IMG/VR virus record: IMGVR_UViG_3300030333_002703
Span: 1 to 64,000 of that record
DNA: 64,000 nt
DNA from: a virus
Reading direction: 5' to 3' (one strand)
Of this stretch, positions 62,201 to 64,000 are shown piece by piece. The first letter of the stretch is position 1. Each line of letters starts with the position of its first letter. The position numbers and the translations under genes are program-made. A model generated the notes under the pieces. The model was not told the origin of the DNA. It ran no database searches and worked only from the letters and a program-made list of their open reading frames with translations.

Positions 62201-64000
62201 ACAGGACCACACCATAATTACGAGCGAGGTGCATTGTTCACTGATACTCGTATCAGTCCATTAACACGCATTCTACCACAGGTATTGTCGGGTTCACGCG
62301 ATACCAACAATCTGTTCATGGCTGATGCATACCTATGTATGTGGCATCATAATCTGGGTCGGCCATTCACCGCATTCTCCGAGGGTCGAACCACTGCAGG
62401 TTCACCAACGCATCAAAAGCCATACAACATCATGCCTGAATCATTTGAAATGGTTCACTACCATGAGTTCGCATACGCTATCAGCACAGGCCCATTCGCA
62501 TTGGGTATGAAGTGGATGAATCATCGTATTGCATCTGATACATCTACTGGCACATGGGACAACGCCAATCATCGTATTACATTGACCAACAGTCCAGTTA
62601 CATCTGGCTATGGTGCTGATGGTGGAACCTTTGATGGGTATTATCTGATGATAGATGGGATACGAGCATACCATGAGGTCGGTACAGTCACATTCACTAT
62701 TGACGACGGCAACAAACGATTGAATGCTACTGGTGGTGGCGCAAGTGTCAGTACAGTGTTTGAAGGATTGGTTGCTGCTAGCGCTGTCGTAGAACTCATC
62801 ATGGATGATGGAACCAATGCGGCTATCGCAGCATCATCAGCAGTGAGCGCACCTGTGACCATGCCATCCGGTGGCAAGCATTTCTTCGGTGGATTCTGGC
62901 CCGGTGGGTCACGATACGGTGCAGGTGCATCCCGTCTTGATATGTGGGGTGACGTGGAACGTGGATGGAACGCCGCATCTAATCCATTTGATGGGTCATG
63001 TGTGGCGTATGCCGCACAATACAATGCTGGCCCTACATTAGACCCAATGGAGATACGAAGTGACCAAACTGTGACCAGCACATGGACAAACTACAACACC
63101 ACACCACACAATGGTGCGCCTTGGACACGGAACTATTGCTTCGGATACCGATTCGCGGTCCGGCAACCATACAACAGACCTCGATGGGCTATCGCTATCA
63201 AGAGTGTAGCGGAAGGGCCATCAGCCAGTGGGACATATGCGGCAACGGGTCACTTCGCATATTACAACGGACCGTTTGTTCAAAATGAAAGCGGGTCATG
63301 GACAAGTGGTGCTGAAACAGCCGTGGGTACTACCAGCATCGCATCAGGTATCAGTGGTATCTTGGAACGTCAAACCAATGCCAGTCATCTACTTGGCTTT
63401 GACATCCCCGGTTGGCAGGTTCGATACAGTGATGGCCGACGTATGACACGACCATTCGGTTGTCCTGTGAGAACCCTACGCAATCACGGATTGTCACGCC
63501 GACAGTTCCCCGGCGATAGTGCAGGGTTAGCCATTGAGGATGTGGTCAAAGCCAATATGTACTACGTTGTAGATTGGTGGGGTAACACCACAGGTGAGGA
63601 TGTCAGACGATTCCCAGTGCGTGGCTTTGGACTACGCCCTGCCTTCGACCCCGAAGCATGGCGATGGACTGCACCCGGCACAGGTGGTAACATCATCCAA
63701 AGACCTGAATCTCTATTCCATTTGCATTCCAATGCATCTATGCCTCCATCAGTACAAGAAGGCAATCGCAATGAAACAAATAATAACGAATACTCGGCAA
63801 CAATGGCTGATAGACGACTGACTGATTTATTCAATCCACTTGACAGTATCCGTGTAGGTGATAGAGGTGACGGGCGTGGTGTTCGATGCCCTATCTTCTT
63901 CAATGAATATGTAGCACAAGCCGTGAACACTACCATCAATCCATTGGGTTTGATGTTATCACATCATACTGCTGAACCTCCATTCACACAAGGGTTGATT
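47252..64000 (+). CDS. Giant (>5,583 aa, 3'-truncated) tail/receptor-binding protein with N-terminal LamG/concanavalin-like domain
   Basis: ATG 47252 (MTLIGKSSHAMFFNG..FSVEAWV..IVGVF....KLYVNG..LYIGG..YRGRIE); the same frame reads HHTAEPPFTQGLI at the window end; the ORF track lists no terminated ORF in this frame. Confidence 0.85.
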   Translation, partial: MTLIGKSSHAMFFNGISDGILVPQAPFSKTGTQTTHGKSYDATLGGQGQNVNTKMSKTSESFSVEAWVVPDCGGVIASKEGVFELRIGDISTPGPAQFTVHTYDENVGKQSVTATTASPVIVSGAHKGWDGIVYPTDASVALQGTFNRFNTGKTDESALNRNSRELIYIVGVFTGQQVKLYVNGELVASEKLQRKTRSAHSSANLYIGGKGGEYRGRIEGVHWRRGFAESNAIPSSLLPNTDTIGLWRFEEPIDVPDISLTLKSAASASTNASGSTLTISNADGKALMEYITGSTPTATTTLDLASSTYSNGKYQITTAGALQQPDHLPINLIINPTGVDEKTGIAYQTSPPERVRLKQVVWNADGTTDSTLTVYSIHLDFSNSTTTGLRGLLHAHAANDTTNQLAKGSTIAVINSDLLIDSGSGLPLRAPGQGTQIIDRTGQMVIDEVGGNHGFIFNTQIATDTTNNPFAFNWGATELPVGFQAGHTGRHKFTHITGHPYLQHLPEATEEIVERNLDGDSDSFTAFYEGSALGLRRQVPLGSLMDVHRQAFVGSAINVENTGTVVEAVENGLAGFDTTARQLIAIGGEGFDPIPFLLKGHAFLGEDGTTDTYDMHLTPEDTSRVAILECAMGSDAAPYVEIHYNAIDLDGSRIQYAATGTTSAAWDNTNHRITLTNNGTKAFGPNSGTFDGYHLICDGERAYDSKGTVTFTIDHTNHRLNATSGGSSVRTAFEGKIAAAGAIVYLELTGAALCVTKTVPDASSIISGTQVIDYIHTALASGATLHAPGGVVTISDDVLGAGSVAFQNHRMVGDNTGGTTYEMELDNTLIPANHVPNSATDTPQSPPKGIVASHVIDATHSPVYHKMVIRNSQSGTSGSAAGNSSDPAITNAPDIFRLSPRKEATSNANGVFDTPATNHATNLFEVFDIIDNWQVGKNHVLIVQPTDRTRTMQLTKFASESTQSNDPNFLSVEFLQCRGRVQDFREKTDDKGRQLIIRGLGLVHDIRDANASLLGDGSPDSHGVKEIIPGGPVVAVSLGGPGQGALDTKPTYDPSPMARIGWNTRRPCAAVVNTVDVSSTPRTITLSPYNNQSKHLASWGHICFPPSSGSSGSNDARVYLKTGASAAYYDIVAGEILFDTTDTNMAGWFVNADGSLESTFADWVTTNVLPAGTILYTDPYIGDDTMSEDGTTVQDRMFQKLSSVTHDYQLGTQYASTRALVEIPFFPHQFFEDAEEGIFPGPNNSMKLTLDATMTAHTWNPKPVGRRLCDSSIAADPTVLGPYTRNWITSGLRDTSIVSVTYVSASSPAPAHWLFEVDDASIFPQAMEGLITSASASGLGRAGIAKGGAVSRTRRFFLPDGSWAIYDRVDYTNNTIRVNDLLSGYGIRTTDSGGHTTNSKTNENNAIGFGMGKTKGGHTWRPLYGEWQTNRESRQDGEWVIQPITSPEMIGKRISPTAHIFNGDIPSINDGEGYSVAEAQSFTSPFYHDQASVLTQGSGLDYGLKQYVSAVEFKAGPEENPHTAKLQTGAWRGKILSYKNNVLIVDNAENFPPIGAMLRYGSQSVLDWKVRNENTGLELQINYLATTTSISEPVFSAKVWSSSATAVLGTHFKIGDELTIMSLEVNPNTGGYATTWPKVMHDAILNKEWLGPYASGGLRNGDTIWMNMHYTNPHATDGIFCKSRGVVNDWEVHSMFNGGLGQFDLRSRNSIPMENFLIGNTCRETAENYVQHVNKTIEQNLIQLGIHTTRTVAFLDPYLCTDDHARVLLYDVEADRECVAFHDLYMQVQSSPDAVKIDNMDAANGFISQRRDVDISGWLSTSQEQDYPHDHTDHVKIRSDHGKSSYIEGAYSHSDGVTMNVERLSQDDSETAIARWAIDDRYNRNYEEYAKQGDCTSRYAVPRTTDGVCCYTQAELWFGQGIEDAKEAAAFWASKSVTGVTSTTTVAAAGGTGSQSFDDSTTAIQFNSHTLDTPNGTRTISAFLCLKGIRAVDSPTTNARLSNLPHWKQMDFTRRLTIDLGEIGIKEGVTSVEAAAHEIVRLINQAGAKKGRSNIRRPVDQFPGATVGQDDGASAHIKADYAVTGSTHDPASFWDDTAFSSYDRGSHMGYLRAHIGRVIEDRNGVEGYTIVIHSTIPGATGRNFCVWLDNSKGQTNYNPQFLIGHGGRFNSFYCQPLETAGENMHPAPMPINKHGRPFAPITTLQQFVSTGVPSSANAQLNRAIPPTPFTAQEQEGALPALPSFGAAGGGVGSNSVTMESTMPTEMTVVEGLGVGTKAYAQMNFGGLVASGVPGWSPDYGTWGFGDGTDSRAHNIYSASAATQQDYTSHVPATDKLEIGTDGQIYGIQFEDHLKRKHTVRMLYKEYGKTFTNENTNLPSTIENEIVIWMDDRDVSFGGFTIGRAMKGAGDIGKRIKTGAAWKLDTNAYDGAVTESKAAYTDAITDVPYCGGRWNGVPSPMAAYAVTIDRPSGTSLSLRHNQGDTFAWNKLHGGIWHDLPADGDVLGFLGFPKTNGVLQLTLPEGNSGGAAADIGSTGYMISYTHRTENTKFGPHTFYGCTGIPTALSGWGDTTIGPDTYEVAESPACISARPNWTTLVTDELIAAAVEFALTMDDPNEGDTFDCTNMLAADGRTFGEWGISPSAIRVQAYSDKHPITPLRTLFNVRREKDYGILHAHANAPQKTVDGVAIHAAGASHANAHLWYNESYPLNLTEGTNSTPAYASPRGMTNTALDGNMGVPCGYVPRTVLHISTRYRGANANTVSPLVVDSRNVPINTDTWQQNLRGELCQFWAGDHILPMINNGRVELSVSSSSDDANGTFTNGGHSSTGKWAIKLSTINGGGGTSSNEIQELFQFGPVGRIKNENMGMITAGAHGDHLPFGGAEDASYVAPYTMWCSNSDWAVITPKASQADAKASGGPTNLFDSGYRDGGYQWRHQFARINVLDDLSVLASGVTANESEEFTARCDATIAANEIIYLQRWLNPEHEGIRTSGSYAYAKPITYFRGASDGSDHSVPLYFGGGFSGAVLDINDGTENDYTEFYTHPYSAGPTGCAGIQNANEIMGSHCILDTTAMLAMFPGTGYLDQHKGQANPPFQNEHLQLSPDMALEDSHVPITTASSQGPDGSTGAAGYTNNSKTVIQTQPSPIILRFAHPFARYEDVQDDAKKTQTTYVVFGPGQSVPTFLQSNYTNSPSPTTYIEPSVAISVGCLYNKYLFANYGSDRSGFNPVGVGRYIPAYPYAPMASGLLAYYGTPDYAYLPNGVDLGKTTTWDNAPKTGSSSTTKSGWDAKIGWLPPTKDYQQDNVTRWQGVDNWEPAQGDPNADQYNQYDRYGLHLSGHFNRHDYGEDSNHDPASGTWSYGSTGYAHPLSPLTQTIYNGSGERLAGPIEDAAAIDEVSSRKIYTATAKDYAWHMDGGHPPGANFLDDRVVRNPQNGGAAQYCYAYHQISDGTYTPSEFRVGDNATMFRIGAAMLKQLTDGWGYTQDNHTTGVEGHVDRDIIVIDATRVQNAEELATVMSCAINEWPGTGALKALGGTFLPSFQSAHKQDRYSWVELPMDPTAGNSGLNGRTDHLTFESTAINTDYVHRDHFSIGIANLNPYTRATVTTYVPYELPVTGSGRLFLDSDTNPAVKRYVGADTGADTVSSMNDRGFYFFYAGISNSDDTSQGGGTVATAAHRSFYLAQNYRTGLRLPEDPTVDCTNRTFSSGMTGAQRPGMKYMECAVQAVTAAIPNPLVGFPRIMVWTKTGNHRWNNGGFNTANATKTNTDRSRLGLDTTTSLIFHALACTHVHFNGLHDAVDRTRPIGAVGWAGNQYSMLNSMGYWEPSLGVFAVPRGLGAWHPYLSFNPYGHQMGCHDSNYIGQYQASNVFADGDNAANYGIGGMNATDASAHWSYSNGWSTTYPTAKGTHENHYVVITHESELPLVARADHLGINGVGDLLSGIWKTSAMGTTSPPGKAANNDPNSIPPTGTTAWSADIHAPSRYSAPANGGPYVEAQVPATLENPTTNDTKRTNMQWGAKVDGADDLIMADACAAPTGDLFVGTDWVGHANTYYSDVNGIGGARANALPGIFDADTEPQRYWHDPVSNAGKVGGRNFTVEHVVWKRMDGGNLSLPAPNARGLGALPWVWRKQSGTSNYYKTGETVYGNCRFSFETTNSAMLPVIQAQELSHPQLAELYPFEIGNAMTIPNEEIQFESITVIDDTGQEHRIEGGSPFGTIIRDFKSISDRTDEGMAPALAGSGSYPNMEIQLPDPDTIPGNIIVRSGFDRVQSYQNETVGTGGLQHPSQPTNLVDKAFDGSGPTDALWPTWENNKWEQVAQDSTFPQSVTSNWANSTDDAPLKTAYEPHDRTLYFHITKHDISYSKREPVAAINHIHQTALGGGATNLVLRDNITVNQTTFTGTTLTYGGTVHFHATHKGAIFADPREQLKDGSNRWYLVAINSAGKKAIASYTGVTTGSARFDGVVFDSNWDETFNGADIYPSFYTPAGSARLFAARRMRDHAEVSGNSPDMPRVAWWKLNDGGPTSTNPYDLINAPKLTPMPIPRMGHHYVTPTMAMMPGHLAHPVYQNIWKSHLAVESSTRAPVEMSGNVGGTPTMDPNIWFSNLTPNYPPSDIHGGAFTLMSETKVRFDGYGVLASNGVAGDVNSKGGHVIILESNSHYTQTSHFPDPLEVGAYQIVIQPNLFSQQVTGFHQNTPFADTTSPRNAADSAYESDLEQNLTGQQVATVVGIFHDWATYGATGLVLADALSADVRGCEVYLNEIMLDIDPAAGQQFTSLPPLATFNALGVNESTSPAFSRRSMPYHPTMFKRATPGYTLTIPWWAIGMNSGMHSGLSLIGVDDYYQFCRATYGAISAQITLAGYPSYFFDPYQREHQSLNPQCTVTTNPTAGATATVRVDDNSLFPLDGSIYNRLLMTIDATGQKHYATYATRGTSGMAATGDTDRFLTVTPADGLGASSPIWNALTTTHALYNGGVLHLTGPHHNYERGALFTDTRISPLTRILPQVLSGSRDTNNLFMADAYLCMWHHNLGRPFTAFSEGRTTAGSPTHQKPYNIMPESFEMVHYHEFAYAISTGPFALGMKWMNHRIASDTSTGTWDNANHRITLTNSPVTSGYGADGGTFDGYYLMIDGIRAYHEVGTVTFTIDDGNKRLNATGGGASVSTVFEGLVAASAVVELIMDDGTNAAIAASSAVSAPVTMPSGGKHFFGGFWPGGSRYGAGASRLDMWGDVERGWNAASNPFDGSCVAYAAQYNAGPTLDPMEIRSDQTVTSTWTNYNTTPHNGAPWTRNYCFGYRFAVRQPYNRPRWAIAIKSVAEGPSASGTYAATGHFAYYNGPFVQNESGSWTSGAETAVGTTSIASGISGILERQTNASHLLGFDIPGWQVRYSDGRRMTRPFGCPVRTLRNHGLSRRQFPGDSAGLAIEDVVKANMYYVVDWWGNTTGEDVRRFPVRGFGLRPAFDPEAWRWTAPGTGGNIIQRPESLFHLHSNASMPPSVQEGNRNETNNNEYSATMADRRLTDLFNPLDSIRVGDRGDGRGVRCPIFFNEYVAQAVNTTINPLGLMLSHHTAEPPFTQGLI

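Noticed and set aside
47848-63939. Many short ORFs on both strands listed in the track
   Set aside because: All overlap the single giant frame +2 ORF and have no coherent motifs
1-64000. tRNA/rRNA genes, integrase, transposase, cellular housekeeping region
   Set aside because: None recognised; intergenic space is minimal, and hmgL is flanked by viral tagged genes, so it is treated as an auxiliary gene rather than host DNA

Overview
The window is a 64-kb segment of a large head-tailed dsDNA virus genome (Caudoviricetes, siphovirus-like morphogenesis module), almost entirely on the + strand. TATA-like elements ~26 nt upstream of leaderless ATGs, GGAGG/GAGGTG ribosome-binding sites and the gene order (TerL - LAGLIDADG protein - portal - giant ligase-like protein - prohead protease - MCP) point to an archaeal host. 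By inference it is most likely a Marine Group II/Poseidoniales 'magrovirus'-type virus. Order: repeat-rich non-coding start (1-470); a cluster of accessory genes (ART-fold protein, polyproteins, HMG-CoA lyase); a membrane-protein cluster containing an Arf-like small GTPase (9.2-12.7 kb); packaging and head genes (13-35 kb); connector and tail genes with a -1 frameshift chaperone (35-47 kb); and a giant ORF (47252 to beyond 64000, >5,580 aa) missing from the ORF track because it runs off the window. The most striking unexplained pattern is a short peptide tag, (GE)P-[IMFL]-[DE]-x-A-[WFY]-x-x-[LMI]-K. It occurs about 17 times in 12 otherwise unrelated proteins, N-terminally and as a linker between domains of polyproteins. 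It ends in the same hydrophobic-x-K|S/A pattern seen in the capsid and scaffold proteins. I infer a capsid-targeting, prohead-protease-released cargo system delivering effectors (ART, SLOG, HNH-like, PIP-box and 'SIMDL'-motif proteins) with the genome. All functional calls come from motif recognition by eye; no database search was run.
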